Of a DNA stretch of 64,000 nucleotides, positions 37,774 to 48,279 are shown piece after piece. This DNA is from an uncultured Planctomycetales bacterium. Its GTDB lineage: Bacteria > Omnitrophota > Gorgyraeia > Zapsychrales > Zapsychraceae. The translations under genes were made by a program, and so were the position numbers. The stretch covers positions 65,232 to 129,231 of the forward strand of contig CAZHWM010000012.1 of assembly GCA_964535935.1 (NCBI GenBank), read 5' to 3'. Each line of letters starts with the position of its first letter. The stretch's first letter is position 1. The notes beneath the pieces are model-generated. The model was given only the letters and a program-made list of their open reading frames with translations, did not search any database and had not been told where the DNA came from.

Positions 37774-38766
37774 TCATGGACAAATTCGTCCGAATACAGA
37801 CTCTCTTACTTGAGCTATGGTATTTACTGCTATTTTTTTAGCTTGATTTGTCCCTTCTAAAAGAATATCTTTAACCTTATTTATGTTACGCTCTAAGCTT
37901 TGACGCCTTTCACGAATAGGTTCAAGTCTAGCTGTTAGTATTTTTGCCAAGCTGGCTTTACATTCTATGCATCCTTTCTCAGCATTTATACACCAATGAT
38001 AGACCTCGTTTTCCATATTTGGCGAAAATATTTTGTAGTAATTAAATACATTGCATTCTAACGGATGTCCTACGTCTGTCTTTTTTATACGTTTGGGATC
38101 CGTAAACATAGATTTTACTTTTGTTCTTATCTCTTCTTCCGAGGCAGAAAGGTTAATAGCATTATTATAGCTTTTACTCATTTTTCTACCATCTATACCC
38201 AGTAAACGGGATGTCTTTGTTAATATGGCTTCACAGTCAGGGAATAATTGTTTTTTAAAGATGTGATTAAACCTACGAGCTATCTCTCGTGTCAATTCTA
38301 TATGCGGGAGTTGATCTTCCCCTATCGGAACAGCAGAAGCTTTATATAACAATATATCTGCCGCTTGAAGTATTGGATATCCTAAAAATCCATAAGTTTG
38401 TATATTCCTACTCTTTATTTCTCTAAGTTGCTCTTTATATGTTGGATTTCTTTCAAGCCATCCCAGCGGTGTAATACAGGAAAATATCATACTAAGTTCA
38501 AGATGTTCTGGTATCTGTGACTGAATAAAAAGTATGCTTTTCTCAGGATTAATACCACATGCTATCCAATCAATAGCCATTTGGATAGCATTTTCTGTTA
38601 TATGCTTACTATTTTCATATTCTCCCATTAAAGCATGCCAGTCTGCTATTGCAAAGATACACGAATATTTTTCCTGTAATTTGGTCCAATTGTCTATTGC
38701 CCCTACCAGATGCCCTAAATGGAGCCGTCCGGTTGGACGCATTGCACTAAAAACGATTTTTTTCAT
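37774..38766 (-). CDS. trpS: tryptophan--tRNA ligase (with a C-x20-C-x6-C-x2-C motif)
   Basis: The class I signatures are TGRLHLGHLVG (HIGH) and KMSKS, and GEDQLPHIELTREIARRFN is also present. Confidence 0.93.
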   Translation of the reverse strand: MKKIVFSAMRPTGRLHLGHLVGAIDNWTKLQEKYSCIFAIADWHALMGEYENSKHITENAIQMAIDWIACGINPEKSILFIQSQIPEHLELSMIFSCITPLGWLERNPTYKEQLREIKSRNIQTYGFLGYPILQAADILLYKASAVPIGEDQLPHIELTREIARRFNHIFKKQLFPDCEAILTKTSRLLGIDGRKMSKSYNNAINLSASEEEIRTKVKSMFTDPKRIKKTDVGHPLECNVFNYYKIFSPNMENEVYHWCINAEKGCIECKASLAKILTARLEPIRERRQSLERNINKVKDILLEGTNQAKKIAVNTIAQVRESVFGRICP

Positions 38767-38813
38767 ACTGCTTTTACCTAAATTTATCTGAATTTTCTGT
38801 CTCTAAGGAAGAG

Positions 38814-41180
38814 CTACAATTTTTGGGCTATAGTTTCTATTTCATATACCTCTATAATATCACCTTTTTGATATCCGCTGAAACCTTCTACTATAATTCC
38901 ACATTCCATCCCCTCATTAACTTCACGCACATCATCTTTAAATCGTTTAAGAGATTGTATTGTGCTGGAAAAAATTACGTCGCCATTTCTTATTATATCG
39001 ACCTTTGCCTTTCTGTTAACTTTACCTTTTTGAACATAACAACCTGCTACTATACCATGTTTTGTCAACTTAAAGACCTCACGTACTTCTATTCGAGCAA
39101 GAAAATGCTTTCTAACTTTTGCTTCCAACATTCCCTCCAAAGCCTTTTTAATATCATCAACAGCATTATAAATTACGCTATATTTTCGAACATCTACTGC
39201 TGTCTTTTCAAGTTCTACTTTGGCTCTGGGTTCAATCCCTACTTGAAATGCTATTATAATAGCATTTGAAGCTACTGCTAATATTACATCAGAGGTATTA
39301 ACATCACCAACACCCAAATGTATAAAGCGTATTTTTACCTTTTCACTTGGAATTTTTTCCAAAGAATCCTTCAGGGCTTCAAGAGAACCCCGCACATCCG
39401 CCTTAAGAATAACATTCAACTCTTTTACTTCGCCTTTTTGCATCTGAGAATATAAATCTTCTAATGTTATCCTTTGAGACGATAATAGTTTTTTATTTTT
39501 TAGTTCCTCTTGACGTTTCAACGATATTTCCTTTGCTCGCTTTTCATCATCAACTACATAAAATATATCCCCTGCTTCAGGGACCTCAGGTAGCCCTAGT
39601 ATTTCGACAGGCATTGAAGGCCCAGCCTCTTTTACAGTACGTTCATGGTCGTCAAACATAGCCCTCACTTTACCATATATGGGGCCTACTACAATTATAT
39701 CTCCTTCTCGCAACGTCCCACTTTGTACTATAACTGTACATACTACACCTTTTCCTCTACTTAGATGCGCTTCTACTATAATCCCTGATGCCTTTTTATG
39801 TGGATTTGCCTTAAGTTCAAGTAGTTCTGCTTCTAATAATATCATTTCAAGAAGATGGTCTACTCCTTCTCCTGTAACTGCTGATACACCCACAACTACT
39901 GTTTTACCTCCCCAGTCTTCAGGGGTAAGGTCATGTTCAGCCAGTTGCTTTTTTACTCTATCTATATCTGCATTTCTTTTATCAATTTTATTTAATGCCA
40001 CAACAATCGGAACACCTGCTGCTCGAGCATGATCAATTGCCTCTTCTGTTTGCGGCATAACTCCTTCGTCGGCAGCTACTACTAATACAATAATATCTGT
40101 GATATTAGCGCCCCGGGCCCGCATTGCAGTAAACGCCTCATGACCAGGGGTATCTAGAAAGGTAATCCTGCCATTAGGCAGTAATACAGAATATGCTCCT
40201 ATATGTTGAGTGATACCACCATGTTCTTTATCAACTACGTTAGTTTTACGTATTCTATCAAGTAAAGTGGTTTTTCCATGATCTACATGTCCCATAAAAG
40301 TGATTACAGGAGCCCTTGGTTCCAATAATTCCGGATTGTCTTCTTCCTGTTTATGTATTTCAATAAGTTGTTCTTCTTGTGTTTTACATCTTGTAATATT
40401 GAATCCAAAAGCCTCAGCAACTTTACGCGCTATCTCCTCATTTAAACTTTGATTAATATGCGCAAAAACTCCTATTTTCATAAGTTGTTTTAAAACAAGA
40501 CTAGACTTCTGTTGCATTTTCGAACTGAGTTCTTTAACTGTGATAGGAAAATCTATCTCTAAGTCCGTAAAAGTCTTTTTATCCTGCACAGGTATTGGGT
40601 CAGAGAGTATATCTTCTTTTTTTTCACTCTCAGATGGGCTAAATGTGATATTGCCTGTTGAATCTTCAGTTATTTTATCTTTGATTAGAGGTTCTTCTTT
40701 TTTCTTTTTTTCATCTTTAATAGGTCTTTTTTTCCTACGGCCTAATGGCTTTAGTGTTATCACAGGTTCTTTGCCAATCTTTTTTCTAATTCTTGATAAA
40801 TCTTTTACAGGAACCTTTTTATCTTTCTTTTTATTTTTTCTATTTAACTCTTCTATTTTAGTCTTTTTCTCTACTTTTTCTTTAACTTTAATTTCTATTC
40901 CTTGTTCTTCTATCCTCTTTTTAGTCCTATCTTTTCTCTTTTTAAGATCTTTTTTTTCTTTTTGAGAACTTTCTTTTTGAGTTGTAGTTATATTTTCATC
41001 TTTTGATTGAACAAGACTACCTTCTTTTGCCTTACGTTTCAATTCACTTCTTAATACAGAAACCACTGCAACATTGAGTTGCTGGTCTTCCCCTTTTGCT
41101 TTCAATTTTAATGAGCGAAGGGTATTCAATATAACTTCACTTGTGGTGTTAAATTCTTCTGCTAATTCAAATACTTTCAT
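38814..41180 (-). CDS. infB: translation initiation factor IF-2
   Basis: The G domain has [20 protein letters not shown] and NKID. The N-terminal region is K/E-rich. The length is 788 aa. Confidence 0.96.
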   Translation of the reverse strand: MKVFELAEEFNTTSEVILNTLRSLKLKAKGEDQQLNVAVVSVLRSELKRKAKEGSLVQSKDENITTTQKESSQKEKKDLKKRKDRTKKRIEEQGIEIKVKEKVEKKTKIEELNRKNKKKDKKVPVKDLSRIRKKIGKEPVITLKPLGRRKKRPIKDEKKKKEEPLIKDKITEDSTGNITFSPSESEKKEDILSDPIPVQDKKTFTDLEIDFPITVKELSSKMQQKSSLVLKQLMKIGVFAHINQSLNEEIARKVAEAFGFNITRCKTQEEQLIEIHKQEEDNPELLEPRAPVITFMGHVDHGKTTLLDRIRKTNVVDKEHGGITQHIGAYSVLLPNGRITFLDTPGHEAFTAMRARGANITDIIVLVVAADEGVMPQTEEAIDHARAAGVPIVVALNKIDKRNADIDRVKKQLAEHDLTPEDWGGKTVVVGVSAVTGEGVDHLLEMILLEAELLELKANPHKKASGIIVEAHLSRGKGVVCTVIVQSGTLREGDIIVVGPIYGKVRAMFDDHERTVKEAGPSMPVEILGLPEVPEAGDIFYVVDDEKRAKEISLKRQEELKNKKLLSSQRITLEDLYSQMQKGEVKELNVILKADVRGSLEALKDSLEKIPSEKVKIRFIHLGVGDVNTSDVILAVASNAIIIAFQVGIEPRAKVELEKTAVDVRKYSVIYNAVDDIKKALEGMLEAKVRKHFLARIEVREVFKLTKHGIVAGCYVQKGKVNRKAKVDIIRNGDVIFSSTIQSLKRFKDDVREVNEGMECGIIVEGFSGYQKGDIIEVYEIETIAQKL

Positions 41181-41363
41181 ATGTTCTTTCCTAAAAATAA
41201 ATAATATTTATAATATTATATAAATATATAATATAAATTTAAAATTATATATTTATAATTTTAGAATACCTAATATTTTAATACAAAATAAAAACAATCC
41301 TTTTTATTTTGTTTTTTTAATTTCAAACAAATATTTTTATTTATGTATCAAATCTTATTAGAA

Positions 41364-42452
41364 TTAATCTCTACTATCAGTATCGGCATTTTCAATATCT
41401 GTTTGACTTGATATATCTTGTTTCTCTTTCTCAGATTCATAATCTTTATCTTCGCCTAATACTAATTTTAAGGCATTTATTTCTTCGTTATTAACAGATT
41501 CCTCTAATTGTCGCCATTGTTCAAAAGAAAATAAATCAAGCTCCCATCCTACAAGTTGACTTGCTAAGCGTACATTTTGCCCTCGTTTACCTATAGCTAA
41601 AGAAAGTTGATCATTTGCTACAATTATATTGGCCTTTTTCTCTTCATAATCCAGTTGAATCTGTGAAATTTCTGCAGGAGCTAATGCTGCTTGAATATAT
41701 TCTTTTATATCATCCGAATAAGGAACCACATCTATTTTTTCACCTTGAAGTTCAGATACTATATTCTTAACTCTAGCCCCTCTCATTCCAACACATGCCC
41801 CTAAACAGTCAACCTTTTCATCTTTGGAATAAACTGATATTTTGGTTCTTTCTCCTACATCACGAGCTATAGATTTTATTTCAACTATACCATCATATAT
41901 CTCAGGAACCTCTAATTGAAACAGTCGTTTAATGAAATTAGGATGAGCGCGTGATAAGATTATACGTGCTCCCTTATTCTCTCGGGTCACATCTAATACA
42001 TATGCCCTTATTCTATCCCCTTGTCTAAATTCTTCCTTTGGAGATTGTTCTTTTTTAAGTATAAATGCTTCAGCATTGCCTAAATCTACTACAATATTAT
42101 TTCTTTCAAATCTATATACACTTCCACTTATGATCTGGCCTATTTTTTCTTTATATTCAGCAAAGACGACATCTTTTTCTGCTTCACGTATTTTTTGGAC
42201 TACTACTTGTTTTGCTGTCTGGGCTGCTATTCGGCCAAATTCACTAGAACGTATCTCTTGATCTCCCGCATAGGCTGTCAATTTCCCTGTTTTAAGATCA
42301 AGAACAACGCGTATTTCTTCTTTTTTGTCTACTGTCCATAGTTTTTTTGCTGCAGAAGTTACAGCAGCCTCCACTGCTTTAACAAGAACCTTTTTATCTA
42401 TCCCTTTATCCCTTTCTAATTGTTCTAATATACCTAATAGCTCATTATCCAT
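41364..42452 (-). CDS. nusA: transcription termination/antitermination factor NusA
   Basis: The N-terminal LEQLERDKGIDKKVL is followed by an S1 domain (GQIISGSVYRFERNNIVVDLG) and KH domains (CVGMRGARVKNIVSEL, AIGKRGQNVRLASQL). Confidence 0.95.
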   Translation of the reverse strand: MDNELLGILEQLERDKGIDKKVLVKAVEAAVTSAAKKLWTVDKKEEIRVVLDLKTGKLTAYAGDQEIRSSEFGRIAAQTAKQVVVQKIREAEKDVVFAEYKEKIGQIISGSVYRFERNNIVVDLGNAEAFILKKEQSPKEEFRQGDRIRAYVLDVTRENKGARIILSRAHPNFIKRLFQLEVPEIYDGIVEIKSIARDVGERTKISVYSKDEKVDCLGACVGMRGARVKNIVSELQGEKIDVVPYSDDIKEYIQAALAPAEISQIQLDYEEKKANIIVANDQLSLAIGKRGQNVRLASQLVGWELDLFSFEQWRQLEESVNNEEINALKLVLGEDKDYESEKEKQDISSQTDIENADTDSRD

Positions 42453-42566
42453 ATCTCCATCCCTTCCTGTGTTGTATTAAACTTTTGTGTTCAGTTAAAC
42501 TATGCTTTCATATATGTATCATAAATTTTATATTATATCCAATTTTAGCTTTATCATCAAGTAATA

Positions 42567-43055
42567 TCATATAACCTGTTTAGCTTTTATTATATCTTTA
42601 ATCATAAGCGAGACTATCCCTGTCGTTGTCACTTTTCGTTTTTTACTTTTTTTTATAGGTATTATCATAACTTTGTCTTCTAAAACTTTTTTTACTATGC
42701 CCTCATATGTTTTGGGATTATTTAAATTATCGGATGTAAATATATTAACATGTCTGCCTATTACCCTTCTAAAATCATTTTTAGTTTTTATGGGCCTGTC
42801 CACACCAGGAGATGAAACTTCTACCATATAGTTTTTATCCCTAATAACATCATATTTGCCTAATTTAGCATATAACTCTCGATTTACTATACTGCATTCT
42901 TCAATACTGATTCCTCCAGTTTCTTTATCTATAATTATTTGTAAATATAGAGTATTGTTTATTTTTTTTATGTTTAATTCTATTATTTCTGCTTTTACCT
43001 TATCTAGAACTGGTTCAATAAGTGTTTTTATTTCTGTCTCTAGTTCTTCAAACAT
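42567..43055 (-). CDS. rimP: ribosome maturation factor RimP
   Basis: A 162-aa protein with YMVEVSSPGVDRPIKT lies upstream of nusA, its conserved position. Confidence 0.85.
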   Translation of the reverse strand: MFEELETEIKTLIEPVLDKVKAEIIELNIKKINNTLYLQIIIDKETGGISIEECSIVNRELYAKLGKYDVIRDKNYMVEVSSPGVDRPIKTKNDFRRVIGRHVNIFTSDNLNNPKTYEGIVKKVLEDKVMIIPIKKSKKRKVTTTGIVSLMIKDIIKAKQVI

Positions 43056-43090
43056 GATATATAGTCTATATTTATATTTTTAATTATTAT

Positions 43091-44353
43091 TTAATTATTT
43101 AGTATATTTATTATTTTTTCTATTGCATTTTCTTTAGGAGTTAAGATGACTTCTGCTGTATTGCGTTTTTTGATTTCTACATTACCTTTTTCTAGATTCC
43201 TTTTTCCTATTGTTATTCGTAAAGGAATACCTATCAGATCAGCATCATTAAATTTTCGGCCAGGACTCTCATCCCTGTCATCTATAAGCACATCGATACC
43301 CGCTTTTTGAAGAGCATCATAATATTGATTACTTATCTGCATTATTTCATCTTCATATTCTGAAAACAGCGGTAATATTTCTACATCAAAAGGTGCTACA
43401 GATTTAGGCCAAATAATCCCTTTATTATCGTTATGTTTTTCTATAATTGCTGCAATAACCCTACTTACACCTATGCCATAACATCCCATTATGATAGGAT
43501 ATTGTTTACCATTTTTATCTATAAATTTTGCTCCTTGAGCCGAACTGTATTTTGTCCCTAACTGAAAAATATGTCCTAGTTCTATTGCTACATGTTTTTT
43601 TAATTTAGCCTTATCACATTTTGGGCAATTCATATTTTCTTTTATATTATTTGTTTCTGGAGAATGCATACCACAGGAGTCACAATATATTACAGTATCT
43701 TCTCCTATTGGGGCAGGTACCATAAATTCATGCGAAATATCTCCACCCATTGCCCCTGAATCTGCTTCAAGTATGATTACATCTAATTCGAGTCTTTTAA
43801 ATATTTTCTTATATGCCATTAGCATCTTTTCATAACTTTTTCTTAACCCATTGATATCACAGTCAAAACTATAAGCGTCTTTCATAATAAACTCAGATGC
43901 CCTTACTATTCCAAATCTAGGTCTTAATTCATCCCGAAATTTAGTCTGAATTTGATATAAAATTATAGGTAGTTGTTTATAAGATTGAACAAAATCTTTT
44001 ACCAGGTTAGTAATAATTTCTTCATGAGTGGGTCCGAGACACATTTCTTTGCCTCTGGTATCCTTAAATTTAATCATTACCTCATTTAAAGTCTTGTCTC
44101 TCCCTGTCTTTTTCCACAGATCCAGAGGATGCAGGCATGGAAGGAACACTTCTATTGCACCTACAGCATTCATCTCTTCTCTTATAATACTTTCCACTTT
44201 TCTTAAGACCTTTAATCCTAAAGGAAGATAAGAATATACTCCTGAAGTCAACATATGGACCATGCCAGCCCTAAGAAGAAGCTGATGACTTATAGCTTCA
44301 GTTCCTAAGGGTATTTCTTTTAATGTTGGTATAAAATAATTTTTCCACTTCAT
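43091..44353 (-). CDS. proS: proline--tRNA ligase, bacterial type, lacking the INS editing domain
   Basis: Class II motifs are present: FRDELRPRFGIVRASEFIMKDAYSF, GHIFQLGTKYS and MGCYGIGVSRV. At 420 aa, a ~35-aa CDSC...CPKC segment sits where the INS domain is found in E. coli. Confidence 0.9.
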   Translation of the reverse strand: MKWKNYFIPTLKEIPLGTEAISHQLLLRAGMVHMLTSGVYSYLPLGLKVLRKVESIIREEMNAVGAIEVFLPCLHPLDLWKKTGRDKTLNEVMIKFKDTRGKEMCLGPTHEEIITNLVKDFVQSYKQLPIILYQIQTKFRDELRPRFGIVRASEFIMKDAYSFDCDINGLRKSYEKMLMAYKKIFKRLELDVIILEADSGAMGGDISHEFMVPAPIGEDTVIYCDSCGMHSPETNNIKENMNCPKCDKAKLKKHVAIELGHIFQLGTKYSSAQGAKFIDKNGKQYPIIMGCYGIGVSRVIAAIIEKHNDNKGIIWPKSVAPFDVEILPLFSEYEDEIMQISNQYYDALQKAGIDVLIDDRDESPGRKFNDADLIGIPLRITIGKRNLEKGNVEIKKRNTAEVILTPKENAIEKIINILNN

Positions 44354-44390
44354 TTTAGTTTTTATTTTATTATTTGGTTAAACTGTAAAT

Positions 44391-45659
44391 TTAATTTAAA
44401 TCAAAAAAACCATCCGGAACTTTAACTCTCCGTTTTTCTATTTTTTTATAAAAGGATGGTTTTCCCCTATCCATTACCCATTTCCCCAAAATTTCACCTG
44501 TTTCGGTAACCCCAGTTTGAACAAATTTGAATATATCTCTCATTATCACCTTTTTCTCTTTATCATCATATGAAATGTCTGTAATATAAGCTATACGTCG
44601 TTTGCCATCCATAAATAACTCTAGGTGTACTATAAGATCTATGGCCTTTGCTACCTGTCTGTAAATTTCTTCTGTACTTAGCCGAATTCCAGTTGCAAGC
44701 ATCATTGTTATCATCCTGCTAAAACAATCTTCCGGTGTTTCCGCATGAACTATAGCAAGTGAACCGCTATGGCCACTACTAATGGACTCAATAAGATCTA
44801 ACATTTCATTGCCTCGTATTTCGCCAATTATGACTCTATCTGGTCTCATACGAAGAGAATTAATAAAGATATCTCTGATAGTAATCTCTCCCTTTCCTTC
44901 TATATTGGCAGGTTTAGATGCTAACGGGACTACATGTTGCTGTGAAAGCATAAGTTCTGGGGTATCTTCTATAGTAATAATACGTTCATCTTCAGGAATA
45001 TGTTTTGAGAATACATTTAAGGCAGTAGTTTTACCCGCACCAGTAGATCCACAAAATACCACATTCAATTTTGCCTTCATTGCAATGATAAGTAATGTGG
45101 CCATATCTTCATTAAGTTCACCTCTTTTAACAAGATCATCAACTGTTTTTATATCATCACGAAATTTTCTTATTGTCATAACTGGACCTATAAGAGACAA
45201 TGGTGGAAGTATTATATTAACTCTTGATCCATCAGGTAAAGAAAAGTCAACATAAGGAGATGATTCATCTACTCTTTTATTAGTTCCAGAGCCCGCCAAT
45301 ATCTTTTGGATTGTATGAAGCAAGTGATTATTATCATCAAATTTAATATCAGTGAGTATTAGTTTACCCTCTCTTTGTACATATATCTGCTTAGGGCCAT
45401 TAATCATAATCTCTGTCACAGATTTGTCTTCCATTAATGGGCGTATAGGGCCTAAACTCATAACAGCGCTTACTAATGTTCTTATAAGAACAGCACGTTC
45501 TTCCATAGATATTTCAACAAAATGTTCTGAACAAAAATCAGAAATCGCTTGATCAACAAACAGCCGCAACTGATCCTCATTCATCGTATCTTTTACTTTC
45601 AGAAAATCTGTGCCAGTAAGAAGATAACGATTTATTCTTTCCCTAAGATCTTCATTCAT
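44391..45659 (-). CDS. cpaF: CpaF/TadA-family type II/IV secretion ATPase (orphan)
   Basis: VTEIMINGPKQIYVQREGK, the Walker A motif GSTGAGKTT, ITIEDTPEL, RMRPDRVIIGEIRGNE and SGHSGSLAIVHA are present. Confidence 0.85.
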   Translation of the reverse strand: MNEDLRERINRYLLTGTDFLKVKDTMNEDQLRLFVDQAISDFCSEHFVEISMEERAVLIRTLVSAVMSLGPIRPLMEDKSVTEIMINGPKQIYVQREGKLILTDIKFDDNNHLLHTIQKILAGSGTNKRVDESSPYVDFSLPDGSRVNIILPPLSLIGPVMTIRKFRDDIKTVDDLVKRGELNEDMATLLIIAMKAKLNVVFCGSTGAGKTTALNVFSKHIPEDERIITIEDTPELMLSQQHVVPLASKPANIEGKGEITIRDIFINSLRMRPDRVIIGEIRGNEMLDLIESISSGHSGSLAIVHAETPEDCFSRMITMMLATGIRLSTEEIYRQVAKAIDLIVHLELFMDGKRRIAYITDISYDDKEKKVIMRDIFKFVQTGVTETGEILGKWVMDRGKPSFYKKIEKRRVKVPDGFFDLN

Positions 45660-45692
45660 TATGTATATCCCCCTTTTTTAATCGCAGATCTT

Positions 45693-47057
45693 TTAGTGAA
45701 AAAACATTTTTATTTTATCAATGACCCCTATTCTATCAAAATCTATGTAAAAAACATATATTGCAAGAAGCATAATCATACCAAAACCTATTCTTGTAAT
45801 AATATCATCTGTTTTGGGAGATAGTGCTTTACCTCGTATTTTCTCAATACCGAATAGAAAAAGATGCCCACCGTCTAGAGGAATAACTGGTAATAAATTA
45901 AATATAGCCAAACTGAGACTTATTGAACCTAACATAAATAAAAAATAGCTTATGCCTAAATCTACAGCATCTGCTACTAATCCAAATATCATAATAGGCC
46001 CACCTATTGCTTCTCTGGGAGATATTGTTCTAGTAATCATAGCGTATAGTGCCCGACAAGTCCCAGAAGTTATTTCTACAAATTTATCCCAGCCTTTCTC
46101 CATTGCTGGCAATAAGCTAAATTTATGGTTACCCAATTTTACTTTCTCTGGACCGATACCAATAATCTTTCTTGTTATACCTTTTTCTTTAATTTCTTCT
46201 GGAACAATATGATATAATATTTTTTTATTATTTCTTAATACAGTTATTTTTATCTGTCTCCCCTTTTGCTCACGGATACTATTTTGCAAATCATGCCAGC
46301 CGAATATATCTTTTTGCCCTACCCGTATAATTTTATCTCCAATTAATAATCCTGCTTTTTGAGCAGGCGCCCCTTCTTTTAGCCATCCTATTATGTTCGA
46401 GTTGAGATCAATACCAATAGTCTTAACTTTATCATATTTTCCGAATGGATTTCTTTCAGCAGTTATTTGCGGTTTTATTTTCTTTATAAATTCTTGCTTG
46501 CCTCGTAAAATTTTTAAAGTAATCACCTCATTTTTGGAATCTCTAATACTTTCTAGAAGATCATCCCAGAAATAAACATTCTTCCCATCTACTTGTATTA
46601 TCTTATCTCCTACCTGTATTCCTACCTTTTGTGCAGGCGAACCATTAATCAGTCCATTAACACGAGTGGACGGATTAGAATAACCTATCATAAACATTAA
46701 GACAAAACAGATATAGGCTAAAATAAAATTAACTACAGGACCGTTTATTACAATAAGTGCTCTTTTCCAAACAGGTTGTGAATAAAATTCATCAGGTGCA
46801 CCTGTACATTTAGATCGTTCATCTCCTGCCATTTTAACATAACCACCTAAGGGAAACAGTTTAAGTTTATAATTAGTCCCTTTATACATCTTAGAAAATA
46901 TTGTTCGTCCGAAACCTAAAGCAAATTCTGTGACAGAGACTCCCATTAATTTAGCTGTAATAAAATGTCCCCATTCATGTACAGTTATAAGTATGCCTAA
47001 AAAAACACCAAAAGTAATTATTTTCTCAAGATTATAGATAACGTGTTCTATTAACAT
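45693..47057 (-). CDS. rseP: RIP metalloprotease RseP (site-2 protease, M50) with two PDZ domains
   Basis: HEWGHFITAKLMGV, two copies of GSPAQKxGLxxGDKII, and the C-terminal NLLPVIPLDGGH are present. Confidence 0.88.
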   Translation of the reverse strand: MLIEHVIYNLEKIITFGVFLGILITVHEWGHFITAKLMGVSVTEFALGFGRTIFSKMYKGTNYKLKLFPLGGYVKMAGDERSKCTGAPDEFYSQPVWKRALIVINGPVVNFILAYICFVLMFMIGYSNPSTRVNGLINGSPAQKVGIQVGDKIIQVDGKNVYFWDDLLESIRDSKNEVITLKILRGKQEFIKKIKPQITAERNPFGKYDKVKTIGIDLNSNIIGWLKEGAPAQKAGLLIGDKIIRVGQKDIFGWHDLQNSIREQKGRQIKITVLRNNKKILYHIVPEEIKEKGITRKIIGIGPEKVKLGNHKFSLLPAMEKGWDKFVEITSGTCRALYAMITRTISPREAIGGPIMIFGLVADAVDLGISYFLFMLGSISLSLAIFNLLPVIPLDGGHLFLFGIEKIRGKALSPKTDDIITRIGFGMIMLLAIYVFYIDFDRIGVIDKIKMFFH

Positions 47058-47082
47058 AACCTTTATTCCTCGTTAGGATTTT

Positions 47083-48252
47083 TTATTTTCTATTGTGCAT
47101 TTTATAAATAAATGATTTAGCTGTCTCTCTCGCCCACTGCTCTGCTGATATAATATTATTAAGAGTTACAGTATTATTGACACGATGGCTCATTACAGTC
47201 TTTTCTACTATATCATAAATGTTAGAGAAAGCTATCTCTCTTTTTAAGAATGCCTCTACAGCCTCTTCATCAGCAGCGTTTAATACTGCAGGTAATGTTC
47301 CTCCTTTTTCCCCTGTGTAAATAGCTAAAGATAATGAAGGGAAACGTCTTAGGTCCGGAGGTGTAAAGGTCAGCTGTTTTAGTTTAAAAAAATCCAAAGA
47401 TCTTAATCCTGTATCAGTTCGTTTAGGATATGTCAGGGCATATTGTATTGGCAATCGCATATCTGCTATTCCCATCTGTGCCACAATGCTTCCATCTTGA
47501 AATTCAACCATAGAATGAATAATAGCTTCGGGGTGAATAATTACTGTTATATTGGTTACAGCTACATTAAATAACCTACTAGCTTCTATCACCTCAAACC
47601 CCTTATTCATCAATGTAGCAGAATCTACTGTAATTTTCTTTCCCATCTTCCATTTAGGATGTTTTAATATTTGTTCAACTGACATATCTCTAAATTTAGA
47701 TTTAGGTATATTTAACAGTGGCCCACCAGATGCTGTAAGAAGAATTTTTTTAACTATATTAACATCGTTACCTTTTAAACATTGAAATATAGCACTTTGT
47801 TCACTATCAATAGGAATAATTTCTGCCCTATGTTTTTTTGCCTCTTTCATTATTATCTCTCCTGCGATAACTAATGCCTCTTTATTTGCAGGTGTGACCC
47901 TTTTCCCCAATCTCACAGCAGTTAGGAATGGTTTAAGTGCTATACTTCCCCGCATTGCAATTACAACGATATCTATATTTTTATTTGACACAAATTCTTC
48001 TAATTCCGTATCGACATTAAAAATTTTAACCTTTCTTGTATTGATATTCTGTCTTAAATATTCGATACCTTTACTACTAACCGCAACCTGTTTTGGGGAA
48101 AAAACTCTTATTTGTTTCTCTAATAATTTAAAATTATTATATGCTGTAAGTCCAAATATAGTAAATTTTTGCTGCAGTCGACTTACAACTTTTAGTGTAT
48201 TGATACCTATAGACCCTGTTGAACCTAAAATAACAATACGTTTTTTATGCAT
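47083..48252 (-). CDS. dxr: 1-deoxy-D-xylulose 5-phosphate reductoisomerase
   Basis: ILGSTGSIGINTL, PANKEALV, PIDSEQSAIFQC, HPKWKMGKKITVDSATLMNKGFEVIEA and IHPEAIIHSMVEF are present. Confidence 0.95.
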   Translation of the reverse strand: MHKKRIVILGSTGSIGINTLKVVSRLQQKFTIFGLTAYNNFKLLEKQIRVFSPKQVAVSSKGIEYLRQNINTRKVKIFNVDTELEEFVSNKNIDIVVIAMRGSIALKPFLTAVRLGKRVTPANKEALVIAGEIIMKEAKKHRAEIIPIDSEQSAIFQCLKGNDVNIVKKILLTASGGPLLNIPKSKFRDMSVEQILKHPKWKMGKKITVDSATLMNKGFEVIEASRLFNVAVTNITVIIHPEAIIHSMVEFQDGSIVAQMGIADMRLPIQYALTYPKRTDTGLRSLDFFKLKQLTFTPPDLRRFPSLSLAIYTGEKGGTLPAVLNAADEEAVEAFLKREIAFSNIYDIVEKTVMSHRVNNTVTLNNIISAEQWARETAKSFIYKMHNRK

Positions 48253-48279
48253 ATATATAAATAAAAAAATTATAGAGAA

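Noticed and set aside
41284-41318. Hairpin CAAAATAAAAA-CAATCC-TTTTTATTTTG plus T7 in the 183-nt nusA-infB spacer.
   Set aside because: The stem is almost entirely A/U, so it is weak. The good U-tract is on the plus strand, where no gene ends. On the transcribed minus strand the trailing sequence is UAUUAAAAUAUU. I do not call it a terminator, though the unusually long AT-rich nusA-infB spacer is noted.
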